A DNA stretch of 64,000 nt, taken from NCBI RefSeq assembly GCF_009914755.1, contig NC_060934.1; one strand, 5' to 3'. The notes under the pieces were generated by a model, which worked only from the letters and a program-made list of their open reading frames with translations, searched no databases and was not told the DNA's origin. Of the stretch, positions 15,292-26,930 are shown piece by piece. The translations under genes were made by a program, and so were the position numbers. Source of the stretch: the human T2T-CHM13v2.0 reference genome, Homo sapiens. Position 1 is the first letter of the stretch. The number at the start of each line of letters is the position of its first letter.

Positions 15292-15703
15292 TGTATTAAT
15301 TTCCTAGGCTGCTTTAACAAAGTACTACAGACTGGGTGGCTTAAAACAACAGAAATGTATTCTCTCACAGTTCAGGAGGCCAGAAGTCTGAAATTATGTT
15401 GTCAGTAGAGTTGGTTCCTTCTGGGGGCTCTGAGGGAGACTCCATCCCATGCCTGTCTTCCGGTTTCTAGTGGTTGCTGGCAATTCTTGGAACGGTTTGG
15501 TCTGTGGCTGTGTAACCCTAATCCCTGTCTCCATTTTCTCATGGTGTTCTTCTCTATTCCCATGTGCCTTTCAGGAATTTAGCATAACTTCATCTTAACC
15601 TGATTACATCTGCAAAGACTATTTCCAGATAAGGTCACGTGTACAAGTACCAGGGGTTAGGATTTCAACATATCTTATAGGGGGACACAATTCAAAACAC
15701 TCA
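15292..15703 (-). mobile_element. MaLR LTR, MLT1B/MLT1C-like
   Basis: tgtattaatttcctaggctgc...gggtggcttaaaacaacagaaat...ggggacacaattcaa. Confidence 0.85.
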
Positions 15704-16239
15704 GCATAACATGTGAGATTCATTCACGCCCCTGTGTGTACATGTAGTTTGTTACTTTTTATGGATAAGTAGCGTTGCACAGCATGTATATACCACAATT
15801 TGTTTATCCATTCACTCGTTGTGAACACATGAGCAGTTTCCTGTTATGGCCTATTAGGTTTTGGCCTGTTATGAACGAAGCTGTCCTGAACATTGAGGCG
15901 CAAGTCTTCATGTGGACACATGTTTACATTTCTCTTGAGTAAATTCCCAGGAATGGAATGACTGGGTTGTGGAGTATGTACATTTAACTCTTTAAGAAAT
16001 TGTCAAACTTTCCCGCAAAGTGGTTGTAGTACTTTACATTCCTACCAGCAACTTAAGAGAGAGTTCCAGTTGCTTCACATCCTCATCAATGCTTGGTATT
16101 GTCAATCTTTCCATTTTAACCATCTGGGTAAGTCTGTGGTGGGAACTTAACTTGTTGTGGTTTTAATTCGTATTTCTCCTATGACTAATCAAGTTGAGCA
16201 ACTTTTCATGTGTTTGTTGTCCATTTGCCTATTTTCTTC

Positions 16240-16798
16240 TGTAGGATACAGTAAATTCCTCTTCAAAGTTTAGCCTGTTAACTTCCTTTAAAATTCAAGA
16301 GGGAGAAAAACTGTTAAGTACAATGAGTTCTGAGTTCCTCTTCAAAGAACCAATATGTCAGTATGTTCAGCTTCCCTGTTCTTTGTTCTCCATTTTAAAA
16401 TTTAACTTCCTTGTTCTTTACCCTCCTTGCCCCTAGTTTTAGTAAACAACCCCTTCCTAGCCTCTATCACCTGTTTTGTCCTTAGGCATCCTTAGTCACC
16501 TGCTCTGTAACTGTCCTTCCCACCGAAACTACTCACCCTGCCACTCTGGCTCATATCCCTGCTCTCTTTAAAACAGCCAGTCGGAATTAGCTTAGACTGT
16601 GTGGTCCAACCCTAACCAATAGGGGAAAGACACAGCAATAGGGACTAGCTGCATTAGGATAAGAACCCCTTCCCCTCTCTTGTCTGGTGTGCTCTTGCCA
16701 TTGCTCCAATTTACCCAATAGAAGTAAATTGCCTTGCTGAGAAAACTTTTGCCTGAGTGCTATTTTCACTTTGTGGCACCGAGCATTTACTTCCAACA
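16240..16798 (+). mobile_element. ERV1 solo LTR10 (LTR10A/F-like, HERV-I family)
   Basis: TG...CA termini; cagtaaattcctcttcaaagtttagcctgttaac start; 4-bp TSD cttc. Confidence 0.85.
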
Positions 16799-16957
16799 CT
16801 TCCATGAAGTGTCTATTCAACATTTTTACCCATGTTTTATTGGGTTGCTTTTCTTATTATGAGTTTTGAGAGTTCTTGATATATTGTGAAGGTAAGCCTT
16901 TTGTTGGCTATACATATTGTATTTTTTCCCTGTGGGTGGCTTGCCTTTTCATTTTCT

Positions 16958-16958
16958 T

Positions 16959-17004
<46 letters not shown>

Positions 17005-17274
17005 GGGTCTAGGTCTGTCACCTAGGCTGGAGTGCAGTGGCACAATCATGGCTCATTGAAGCCCAGACCTCCCAGCTTACAGCTCCTGGTAATTGTTCCT
17101 TCTCCTGGTGTTCCTTGCTCAGCCTTGGGATGCTGCACAGACTGGAAGGTTGCCCAAGAAACCCTTTCCCCTCAACCTCCTAAGTTGCTGGAACCACAGG
17201 CACATGCCACCACACCTGGCTAATTTTTTTAAGTGTTTTGTAGAGATGGGGTCTCCCTATGTTGCCCAGGCTGG
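16958..17274 (-). mobile_element. 5'-truncated AluJ carrying a 75-bp non-Alu insert
   Basis: poly-T plus diverged antisense Alu; insert at 17073-17147. Confidence 0.9.
17073..17147 (+). repeat. 75-bp direct copy of 18897-18971
   Basis: 74/75 identical. Confidence 0.97.
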
Positions 17275-17872
17275 ATCTTTACATTTTCTTAAGATATCTT
17301 TCCAAGAGCAGAAAAAATCCATTTTAATTAAGTCCAACTTATGAATTTTTTTATTTCATGGTTTATGCTCTTTTGTGTCCTACCTTAAGGGCAAAAAAAC
17401 TGTCTCCTATATATTCTTCTAGAAGTTTTAGTTTTTGTGCTTTGGTCTGTGTCCATTTTGAGTATTTTTATGCGTGGTGTGAAGCAATGAGGCCGAAGTT
17501 GGATTTTTTTTTTTCCTCTATGGCTATCCAATTGCTGCAGCACCATTTGTTGAAAAGGAAATTCTTTCCACATTAAAGTGTCTTAGAATCTTTGTCAAAT
17601 CAATTTATTACCAGATGCATGTGAATTTATATCTGGATTTTCTATTCTGTTCTATTGATCTATAAATATGCCTATTCTTATGCTAATATTATATGATCAT
17701 GGTTACCTTAGCTTAAAATAAGACTTGAAATCAGTTTAAATTTCTAACTTTGCTCTTCTTTTCAATACTCTTTTGGCTATTACAGATTCTTTGTATTTCC
17801 ATATAAATTTTAGAATCAGCTTGTTAATTTCTACCCAAAAAAAGCCTTCTGGGATTTTATTAGGTTTACATT

Positions 17873-18323
17873 TGTGAAAGGAAAAAATAAATCTTGGGGA
17901 CCCCAAATCACTAAGCTGAAAGGAAAAGTCAAGCTGGGAACTGCTTAGTGCAAACCTGCCTCCCATTCTATTCGAAGTCATCCCTTTGCTCACTGAGATA
18001 AATGCATATCTGATTGCCTCCTTTGGAAAGGCTAATCAGAAACTCAAAAGATGCAACCATCGGTCTCTTATCTACCTGTGACCTGGAAGCTCCCTCCCCA
18101 CTTCAAGTGTCCTGCCTTTCTGGATGGAACAAATGTACACCTTACATATATTGATTGGTGTCTCATGTCTCCCTAAAATGTATAAAACCAAACTGTTCCC
18201 CAACCACCTGGGGCACTTGTCACCAGGACTTCCTGAGGCTGTCTCCTGGGCGCGCGTCCTTAACTTTGGCAAAATAAACTTCCTAAATTGACTGAGATCT
18301 GTGTCAGATATTTGGGGTTCACA
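17873..18323 (+). mobile_element. ERV1 solo LTR, MER4A-like
   Basis: tgtgaaaggaaa...atcactaagctgaaaggaaaagtcaagctgggaactgc ... aataaa ... ggttcaca; TSD catt. Confidence 0.9.
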
Positions 18324-18859
18324 CATTAAATCTGTAGAATAGGGAATAATTGACATGTTTACAGTATTGAATCTTCTGATCTATGAGCACAAAATAGTTT
18401 CCATTTGTTTGGTAGTTTTCAGTGTGTAGGTCTTACACATATTTCATTCCATTTATTTCTAAGTATGTTTGGATACTATTGTAAGCGGCATTTTTCCACT
18501 TCAACTTCCAGTTATTCATTGCTAGTATATAGAAATGTAATTGATTTCTATATAGTAACCTTGTATCCTGCAACCTTGCTCACCTCACCTATCATTTTAG
18601 TAACTTCTTTATATGTTTCTTGAGATTTCCAAAGTACGCAATTGCAATGTTTGAAATAAAGACAGTTATACTTCTTCTTTTCTGATCTGGATGCTTTTAT
18701 TCTTAACTTATTGCAGAGGCTAAGACTTCCTGCAAAATGTTGAACAGAAATAATGATGGGAGACATATTTTTCAGTAAAAGATGCCAAAATAATAGGATA
18801 GCTGTATGAAAACAAATAGGTAAAGAAACAAACAAACACAAAAAACCCACAAAAGCCTC

Positions 18860-19345
18860 AATGATTCCTAGCCCTGTGTGAGCATTGGGATTTTTTCAGC
18901 TTACAGCTCCTGGTAATTGTTCCTTCTCCTGGTGTTCTTTGCTCAGCCTTGGGATGCTGCACAGACTGGAATTTAGCCAAGGATTTGAGGGGATTCCATG
19001 CAGACTCTTGGAGCCCTTTCTCTGCATAACCTCCTTTTCTCTGGTACTCTGCCCTGCAAATTGCAGGCATCTCAGCCTCCCCAGACTTACATTTCAATCT
19101 CTTCAGCTCAGTGAGACCACTGAACTCTGAATTCTCCCACCCTGTTTTGCATTCCAGAAATTGCCTCCATGCAGAAAATTGGGGTAAGGTTGATCTGATC
19201 TGTTTGTATTCTTTCAAGTGCTGGGTTTTCTATTAACCTACATCTTAAAACAGTTGTTCTATACATTTCCACCCCAGTTTTCTAGTTGTTTACTAAGGGA
19301 GAAAAAGTCTAGACCTTGCTACCTTCTCATGGCATGGTCATTTTT
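18860..19345 (-). mobile_element. Old L1M 5'-region fragment
   Basis: tctggtactctgccctgcaaatt...ctcagcctccccagact motif of ancient L1 5' ends. Confidence 0.6.
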
Positions 19346-19392
19346 GTTAGTCTCCTATTCTTTGCTCATTTTTTTTTTTTTTTTTTTGGTTC

Positions 19393-19851
19393 TGCGAACC
19401 CAGAAAATCTGAGACAGGCCTCAGGTAATTTAGAAAGTTTATTTTGTCAGAGTTGAGGATGCGCCCATGACACAGCCTCAGGAGGTCCTGACGACATGCG
19501 CCCAAGGTGGTCAGGGCACAGCTTGGTTTTATGCATTTTAGGGAGACATGAAACATCAATCAATATATGTAAGAAGTACATTGGTTCCGTCTGGAAAGGT
19601 GGGACAACTTGAAGCAAAGGCAGGAAGACTCAATGTGGGGGAAGGAGCTTCCAGGTCACAGATAGGTGATAGACAAACACACTCTTTTGAGTTTCTGATT
19701 AGCCATTCCAAAGGAGGCAAATCAGACATGCATCTATCTCCGTGAGCAGAGGAGTGACTTCGAATAGAATGGGAGGCAGATTTGCCCTAAGCAGTTTCCA
19801 GCATGAGTTTTCCTTAGTGATTTTGGGGGCCCAAGATGCTTTCCTTTCACA
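19393..19851 (-). mobile_element. ERV1 solo LTR, MER4A1-like
   Basis: Reverse complement starts tgtgaaaggaaagcatcttgggcccccaaaatcactaaggaaaact; TSD gttc. Confidence 0.9.
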
Positions 19852-20197
19852 GTTCCATCTTGTATTTCTTTAAATATTTCAAACAGTTATTTAATTGTCT
19901 ATATCTGAGAATTCCAACATTTGTAGTCTTTAAGGATTTAAATCTGTGGTGACTTGTATCCTTACGTGTTTGCTAATTTGTGATTGTGACTTAGTCTTTG
20001 GGCATCACAAGTCTCTCAGGTGGGAATGCCTTCCTCTAGAGGTGATTTTTGCTTGTTTGGCTGAGAGTCAGAGAAGTACTTCTGACCTGGAACCTCTGTC
20101 CCAGACTTTATTTAGGAGTATCCATTTCAGCTCCTCCAACTTGCAGGTGGCTCTCTGCTATTGCCAATAAATGTATTTACCCTCAGGTCAATATCAC

Positions 20198-20990
20198 TGA
20201 TATGGACAGAAGGCAGGGAAATAGTGGGTATAAGAGTGTGGGGTCCCTGGTGAGGGCTCCATCCTCAAGCCTGGACCTGCAGCCCTAAATGAGACGATGC
20301 ATTCCTGTTTTCCCACCCGAATGTTGCCTTTTCCAAAACCACTCTGGCCTGCCACGCCCCCAACTCCGTACCCATAAAAACACCAAACTCCACTGGAAGA
20401 GGAGCAGAGTGGTGTGGCAGAGGACAGAAGAGAAGTGTCTGAATGTTGAGAGAAGAGGCGGCTAGACATTGGAGACTACGGTTGGAGAGGAGTTCAGCTG
20501 GGGATGTTCGGAGAAGGAAGATTATCTTCCCATTCCATCCCCTTTCCAGCTCCCCGTCCCATTGAGAGCCACTTCCATCACTCAATAAAATCCTCTGCAC
20601 ACACCACCCTTCAGTCTGTTCCTGTGGCCTGATTCTTCCTGGATGCCAGACAAGAATTTGGGATGCACTGGGTGCGGAACCCAAAAAGGCTGTCACACTG
20701 ACTCTTCACTGAGCTGTTTAACACTTAAGCAGTCCACGGACGGCAAAGCTAAGAGCATTGTTTGTAACACATACCCTCTGGGACTCCAGAGGTTGAGGGC
20801 AACCCCTAGACACTGCCGGGAGCTGGTATGGGGTTTGTTCCTGCCAGTGCCCAAAGGCACTTGCCCTGGCTCCTGCACCCACTCACCTGTGTACTTCCCC
20901 AACTGCAAGGCGTTTGAGGGTGGTGTCCAAGTAAATGAGCCACCCCTCTCACAAGTCCCACAAGGGGGTCAAGGGAACTCTCCCATCTCA
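20198..20990 (+). mobile_element. ERV1 solo LTR, LTR1 family
   Basis: tgatatggacagaaggcagggaaata ... aataaa ... ctctcccatctca; TSD tcac. Confidence 0.8.
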
Positions 20991-22113
20991 TCACCTTTGG
21001 GTTTCAGCTCCTTGTGAGTTCTTTCCTTTTTTGAATATTTCCCTAACATTCTGCAAGCTCAGAAATGTGTTTTAAAATATGTGTTATCACATATCCAGGC
21101 TCTAGTTCTTTAGCAAGAGGGCCTTTCTAAATATCTAGTTTGCCATAATGTTGGAGTTAGAAGTCCTAGTCATCCACTCTCTATCCATCCTTTCATCCAT
21201 CTGTCACTGATTTTTCTCTGTATTCCTTACTCATTCTCCTTTAGTCACCTCTGTTGTCCCCAGTTCTTTAATGTTTCAGAGAAAACAGATCATTCCCTTT
21301 CAGGACTGACACAGTTGAGAAAACATCTCTAACACACTGACCCTCCCTAAAAATGTCCTTCCTCACTTGCCAGCCCTCACCTCCTGCATGGCCATGCTTT
21401 ATCCTGGCATCTCAGGACCAGTGTTGGAGGAGCTTTCAGCAACAAGAAAGTGCCCTGCTGGCTCCACCCTGTGATTGTGACCCTATGACCTGGAGTTCAT
21501 GGGCCCAGGGTCACTCTAATGGGGTTGTGGGGAAGGGCACAGAGCCAGGGGTGGGTAGCACCAGGGTGGGGACATGCTGGGATGTTTGGGTCTTGAGAAC
21601 AGAATCAGCAGGTGCAGCCTGGTCCAGAACAGCCCTGACAACATATGGTCCCAGTCTCTGGAACAAGCCTCGCTTGTTAAAAGAGGAAAACAAAACAGCC
21701 CATCCTTCTCTGCGTATGGTTAACGCATGTTTGAAGCTGTGTGACTTCTCGAGGGTCCCAGTGGTGGCCTCTGTGTAGTGTTTGGTCAGGCTGGCTGCCA
21801 GCCCATGCCCTATCCCTGGCACCCCCACCCCTCTGTCCCAGTTTCTGTGGCAGTAAATCACTCACATGCTCTCTCTGAAGGGAGAGGTCTGGGACCTCCT
21901 GGGCTGGGCAGACAGAGGGCTCCCGGTACAAACATGCTCTGCTTCTTCCCACCAGCAGACAAGCGGCCTCTGCAGTTGAAAAGGATTTGCGGGGAGGTGG
22001 AACACTGGGGGAGATTGTTGGGGTGGTAAAGGAAGAGAGATAATATGAAGCTTGCTCTGTCCAGAGGCCTGCGGGATAAGGTGGGAACCAAGGTCAGTAT
22101 TTCCTTGGAAAGT

Positions 22114-22275
22114 CAGTACTTTTCAAACTTAAACGTGCATGGGAATCACCTGGAGGTCTTACTCAGGTGCAGATTCTGATTTGGGAGGTCTAGTGTGGGG
22201 CCTGAGATTCTGCTTTCCTAAGAGGCTCCCAGGTGTTGCCCATGCTGCGGGGCCAGAGGCTGTAAGCAGCAGGGC
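22114..22275. mobile_element. MER5A/MER5A1 (hAT-Charlie MITE)
   Basis: gaatcacctggagg...gcagattctgatt...gggcctgagattctgc...ctcccaggtg. Confidence 0.8.
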
Positions 22276-22294
22276 TAAAGGGGCACTTGAGAGA

Positions 22295-22476
22295 GGCTGG
22301 GTGGAGCTGCACCACAGAGTCACTTGGAATGCTTTAAGATATTGTCTGGCCCCACCCCAATCAATTGAAGCAGACTCTGTGCTTGCACCGGGACACCTGT
22401 GTGTTTTCTTTTTTAATGCCCCACTCCCTATCTACCCCAGGTGGTTTGAATATGCAGCCAGGATTGAGAACCACTA
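22295..22476. mobile_element. MER5-family MITE, opposite orientation to its neighbour
   Basis: ggccccacccca...ccccaggtggtttgaatatgcagccaggattgagaaccact. Confidence 0.7.
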
Positions 22477-23529
22477 GGCTAGATTATGGGAGATCATTCT
22501 CCACTTTAAAATTAGAGATCTGTGACCACCTAATTTGCTGTCACAGTGGGATGGCTGGAAATGACTTAACATTGTGCTCTTCCCAGGAGCAGCTTCATAT
22601 TCACCAAGGGTTGGGAGGGGAGTTTTGCTTGGAAGGAATGACAATGGCGGAACTCCAGGGGGAGAACAAAGGACTGGCCGCATCTTGCCGAAATGGCCAT
22701 GCTATGTGATCTTGTCTCAGCAATTTCATGCCTTGGGCCTCCGTGTCTTGGCCCTGACCAGCACAACTCCTGTTTTGTTCTGTCTGTTCAGCCCAGAATT
22801 CCCAGAGGGCTTGGAGCTTTCTACTGATCTGGAAGGTTCTCTTCCCCTCTCTTCTCTTCTGAGTGAAAAAGGCAGCTGGGAGGCCCCCTGCCCTTCTCCC
22901 CTCCAGTGATCCGAAGCCATGGCTGAGAATAGTGGGAATGAGGTGCTAATGCCCCGGTCTTGAGTAGATTTTCCCCCCACGGCACACACATCTGGTTTCC
23001 GTTTTCTTCTGCAGCAGGCCCCATTGAGCAGAGCCTTCCTCTTTGAATCTCTTGAAAAATCATGTCCAGAGGCCAGGTTCAGCCCCCACCCTGACCCCAG
23101 TCCTCAATGCAGCAAAATTCCTTTCTCAGGGACCCTTGGCCCAGTCTTCCCCATGGTCCTTGGGAGGCAGGTGGGGCCCTCACCAGAGGGGAGAGCAAAA
23201 GGCTGGGGTGGTGTGGGGGACATTAGAGGAGTGCTGGCTCCCTGGAGAACTGGGGAAGTAGGAAGGTTTGGGAACACCTAAAAAGAACAGGAGGAGTGCA
23301 TGAGCCACCAGGAAAAATGAGTGCCTACTGCCTCCAGCTGGGAGGACTGCAAGCTCTTCTTGCTCTCACCCAGACCCCTGGGCACAGAGACAGTAAGGGC
23401 CAAGTGGGGATGGGATGGGGACTCTTGGGGTCAGATTCTACCTTAAGAGATGTCAGGGTCATAAAGACAACGCACTGGTCATGCTCATTGACTGGAGGAT
23501 GCCCCGGTGTCCCTTCTGTCTTGCATAGC

Positions 23530-23796
23530 ACACTGTGGTGGTCAGGGGCACTGGCTCTGGATAGCACAGGACTGGGCTGAATTTTGGCGCTGCACTCACC
23601 CTAGGTGGGTCATGGAACTTCTGAGTCAGTTTAATCTTCTGCGAATTTGGAGTATTAGAGTAAAAATTGAATTATAGTAGATAAACACAAGCAAAGCATT
23701 CAGCCTAACACATAGGAAGCACACATAGGAAGTTAATAAATGGTAGCAAACACATAGGAAGTTAACACATAGGAAGTTAATAAATGGTAGCAAACA
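23530..23796 (+). mobile_element. MIR with tandemly duplicated 3' end
   Basis: Degenerate MIR; acacataggaag x4 and ttaataaatggtagcaaa x2. Confidence 0.65.
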
Positions 23797-23896
23797 TCTA
23801 TTATCCATTCATCTATTCACTTAACCACATATTGACAATTTGCCTATCTGCCCGTCTATCTCTCTGCCTGTCCATCTCTCTGTCCACTCATCTCTT

Positions 23897-24034
23897 TATC
23901 CATCCATCCATCCATCCATCCATCCATCCATCCATCTCTTCAACCAGACATCCATTCATCCATCCATCATCCATCCATCCATCCATCCATCCATCCAACC
24001 AACCATCCATCCAACCAACCATCCATCCAATCCA
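23897..24034 (+). repeat. (TCCA)n microsatellite, imperfect
   Basis: Directly visible. Confidence 0.95.
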
Positions 24035-24049
24035 TATGATGGCAGGGAT

Positions 24050-24236
24050 ATTAGGGTTCATCTGTTCCAGCAGGTTTCCCACCTGGGAAGCTTGTTAGCT
24101 GGGCTGGTCCTAGACCCTCCCTCAGAAGTTCTTATTTAATAAATCTGTGAGGGACCCAGGAATTCACATGTTAAACAAGCTTCCCAGGTCATGTTGATGC
24201 AGGTGGTCCTTAAGCCCCTCTGAAGAAACACTGACC
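24050..24236. mobile_element. MER5A-like MITE
   Basis: cccaggaattcacatgttaaacaagcttcccaggtcatgttgatgcagg. Confidence 0.6.
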
Positions 24237-24987
24237 TAGCACCTCACCTCATTTTACCAAGGAGGAAACTGAGGCAGAGAGGGCGACTTCCTGTCTGGGC
24301 TTTATCCCGTCCCCTACTGCCCCCATGAGTGTGGTGTGTGGGGGCAAGTGTGACCAAGAGCCCTGGGAGGGCAGCGGAGGGCGGTTGGCAGCCCCTCACG
24401 CAGCCCCCCTACCCTCTCACCCACCCCTGCCCAGAGACACTGCCCTGACTCCCACACTGAGCCTGTCAGGGACCAGGGATTTATTCCTGTGGGCCGGCTT
24501 TTCACCCTTTCTTTCCTGGGTTATTTATGTCCCTTGCCTTTTATCTCCCGCCCGGCTGGCCCGCAAGGCCCATTATGTCGCTTTGGCTGTGGCCGCATCA
24601 ATCTCCGGCCCCGGGAGCCAGGCCCCCAGCCCATCTCATCATTTATTTTCCAGGTCTCCCTGATGCTCAGCCGGCAGCTGTCCTGGTGTGTGGATGGCCC
24701 TGGCTGGCGTCCTTCTCAGAGAGGACCATTGTTGGTGGGTCTTGGGACTGTCGGGTCAGATGGGCCACGGGCAGCTTGTCTGGGGCCTAGGAGTGCTGTG
24801 ACCTTTCAGGAATTAGCATGGCAGTAGGGGCAGTGTTCTGGTTGTCAGGACTTCAGAGTCCCAGCCTGTGACTCCCTGGGTGATGTTAGACAAGGAGCAG
24901 TAACTAGATAGGACGATCCAGGTTGTAGCTTCCAGTGCTCCCAGATGTGTGACAAGTGCTTCCCAAACTATGTCTTATAAATGTGTG

Positions 24988-25287
24988 CTTTTTTTTTTTT
25001 TTTTTTTTTTGAGACGGAGTCTCACTCTGTCGCCCAGGCTCTGGAGTGCAGTGTGGCTCACTGCAACCTCTGCTGCCTGGGTTCAAGCGATTCTCCTGCC
25101 TCAGCCTCCCGAGTAGCTGGGATTACAGGTGCCTGCCATCGTGCCTGGCTAAATTTTTTTTGTATTTTTAGTAGAGACGGAGTTTCACTGTGTTGGCCAG
25201 GATAGTCTCAATCTCCTGATCTCGTGATCTGCCCGCCTCAGCCTCCCAAAGTGCTGGCATTACAAGTGTGAGCCACCATGCCTGGCC
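24988..25287 (-). mobile_element. AluSc-like
   Basis: Antisense Alu; TSD tgtcttataaat. Confidence 0.95.
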
Positions 25288-25372
25288 GTGTCTTATAAAT
25301 TAATAAACATTTATTAAAAAGTCAGAGACAATTCCATAACCAAAGTTTGGAAAACTCTAGCTTGAACAGAGG

Positions 25373-25808
25373 TGTCGTGAGTTGAATGGTGCTCCCCAAA
25401 AGGTATGTCCATGTCTTAACCCCAGGAACTTGTGAAAGTGACCTTATTTGGAAAGAGTGTACTCGGCAGATGTAATCCAGGGTCTCAAGATGAGATTACC
25501 CTGGATTTAGGGCGGGCCCCAATCCAATGATGAGTAAAAGGTGAGGGAGACATGCAGGGTAGAGGGGCACGTAAGGAGTGAGGCAGAGACTGGAGTCATG
25601 CAGCCCCAAACCAAAAGATGCCTGGAGCCATCAGGAGCTGGAAGAGACAAGGGAGGATTCTCCTCTAGGGCCTTTTGAGGAAGGACAGTCCTACCCATTC
25701 CTTGATTTCAGATCTGTGGCCTCCAGAATGGTGAGAGATAAATTTCTGTTGTTTTTAGGCCATCACATTTGTGGTAATATGTTATGGCAGCCCTAGGAAG
25801 CTGATACA
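25373..25808 (+). mobile_element. MaLR LTR, MLT1C-like
   Basis: tgtcgtgagttgaatgg...gtgaccttatttggaaa...gcagccctaggaagctgataca; TSD agagg/agaga. Confidence 0.88.
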
Positions 25809-25906
25809 AGAGAGAAACAATGTTGTATGCTGCAGGACTTGTCAGGGCCTTTAGTAACAAATGTGCATTAGGAAGCACTAGGGCTGCAGCATAAAACTGT
25901 GACATG

Positions 25907-26216
25907 GGCCAGTCGCAGTGGCTCACACCTGTAATCCCAGCACTTTGAGAGGCCAAGGCGGGCGGATCACGAGGTCAGGAGATCGAGACCATCCTGGCCA
26001 ACATGGTGAAACCCTGTCTCTATTAAAAATACAAAAAATTAGCGGGGCGTGGTGGCGGGCGCCTGTAGTCCCAGCTACTCAGAAGGCTGAGGCAGGAGAA
26101 TGGCATGAACCCGGGAGGCGGAGCTGGCAGTAAGCTGAGATCGCGCCACTGCACTCTAGCCTGGGCGACAGAGCAAGACTCCGTCTCAAAACAAACAAAC
26201 AAACAAACAAAAAAAC
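25907..26216 (+). mobile_element. AluY/AluSc8-like
   Basis: gagaatggcatgaacccggg; (AAAC)n tail; TSD aactgtgacatg. Confidence 0.95.
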
Positions 26217-26689
26217 AACTGTGACATGAAGCACTTGACTGGGGAGCTCCCCTCAGGACTTGTGTCTTAAAGAGCACATTTTGGGGGATGCTGACCTATG
26301 ACTTGGTGGGAGAGGTTGGGGAAGAAGGGAAAGTGTGGGGGAACCTGCTTGGTCTAATCTTTTTGGAAATGAGGTGGGGGTCATGGAGTCCGGGGCTCTG
26401 TCCCAGATGCAATGAGGTGAGGGACTTAGGATCACAGGCAAAGGAAGTCACCTTGCAGCTCAATCCACTCCCAGAGGAAGTTTGGGTTAGAGGGGTACAG
26501 GGAGGAAGCAGCTGGAGGAATCCTCCCAGCACACCTTTCCAGCCTGCAGGCCAGGCCGCTGCCTGTCCTGAAATCCTCTCCCGCCTGCCAAGGACAGGGT
26601 GGTGGGGGCTCCTGCACCCTAGATGTCTCTATTCTGAAGAGCCAGGCTTGTTTGCAAGCCCAGGGAGCTAAGAGTTAACGATAATCACC

Positions 26690-26930
26690 ATAATGATAAT
26701 TCCAGGTATGATTTATTGAGAGATTACCCCTGCCAGAACCTGTGCTGAGTGCTTTATGCATATTAATTAATTAATTCATCACAACTGTATTAGCCCATCT
26801 TATAGGCACAGAGATGGAGGCACAGAGAGGTTAAGTAGCTTGCTCCAAGTCACACAGCTAGTAAATGGGAGATCCAGGATTTAAATCCAGGTTGTCTGAC
26901 AGCTCTCAACCATGAAGTCACACTACCTTC
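26690..26930 (-). mobile_element. MIR
   Basis: atttattgag...gaggcacagagaggttaagtagcttgctccaagtcacacagctagtaaatgg. Confidence 0.85.

Larger units (their letters stand above)
15010..18765 (-). mobile_element. L1MB/L1ME 3' UTR-ORF2 fragment hosting MLT1, LTR10, AluJ and MER4 insertions
   Basis: Collinear antisense L1 motifs (ttttgacaaatgtatatacacc, cagcaccatttgttgaaaag, ccttgtatcctgcaaccttgct). Confidence 0.8.

Noticed and set aside
17873-19851. MER4 LTR pair as a remnant provirus
   Set aside because: Opposite orientation, separate TSDs, and L1 rather than gag/pol sequence between them.
23707-23796. Repeat-spacer appearance suggestive of a CRISPR array
   Set aside because: Eukaryotic DNA, no unique spacers, no cas genes; a simple tandem duplication.
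24988-26216. Inverted Alu pairs (also 11106-12548 and 31394-33167)
   Set aside because: Common in Alu-rich DNA; no evidence of transcription from sequence alone.
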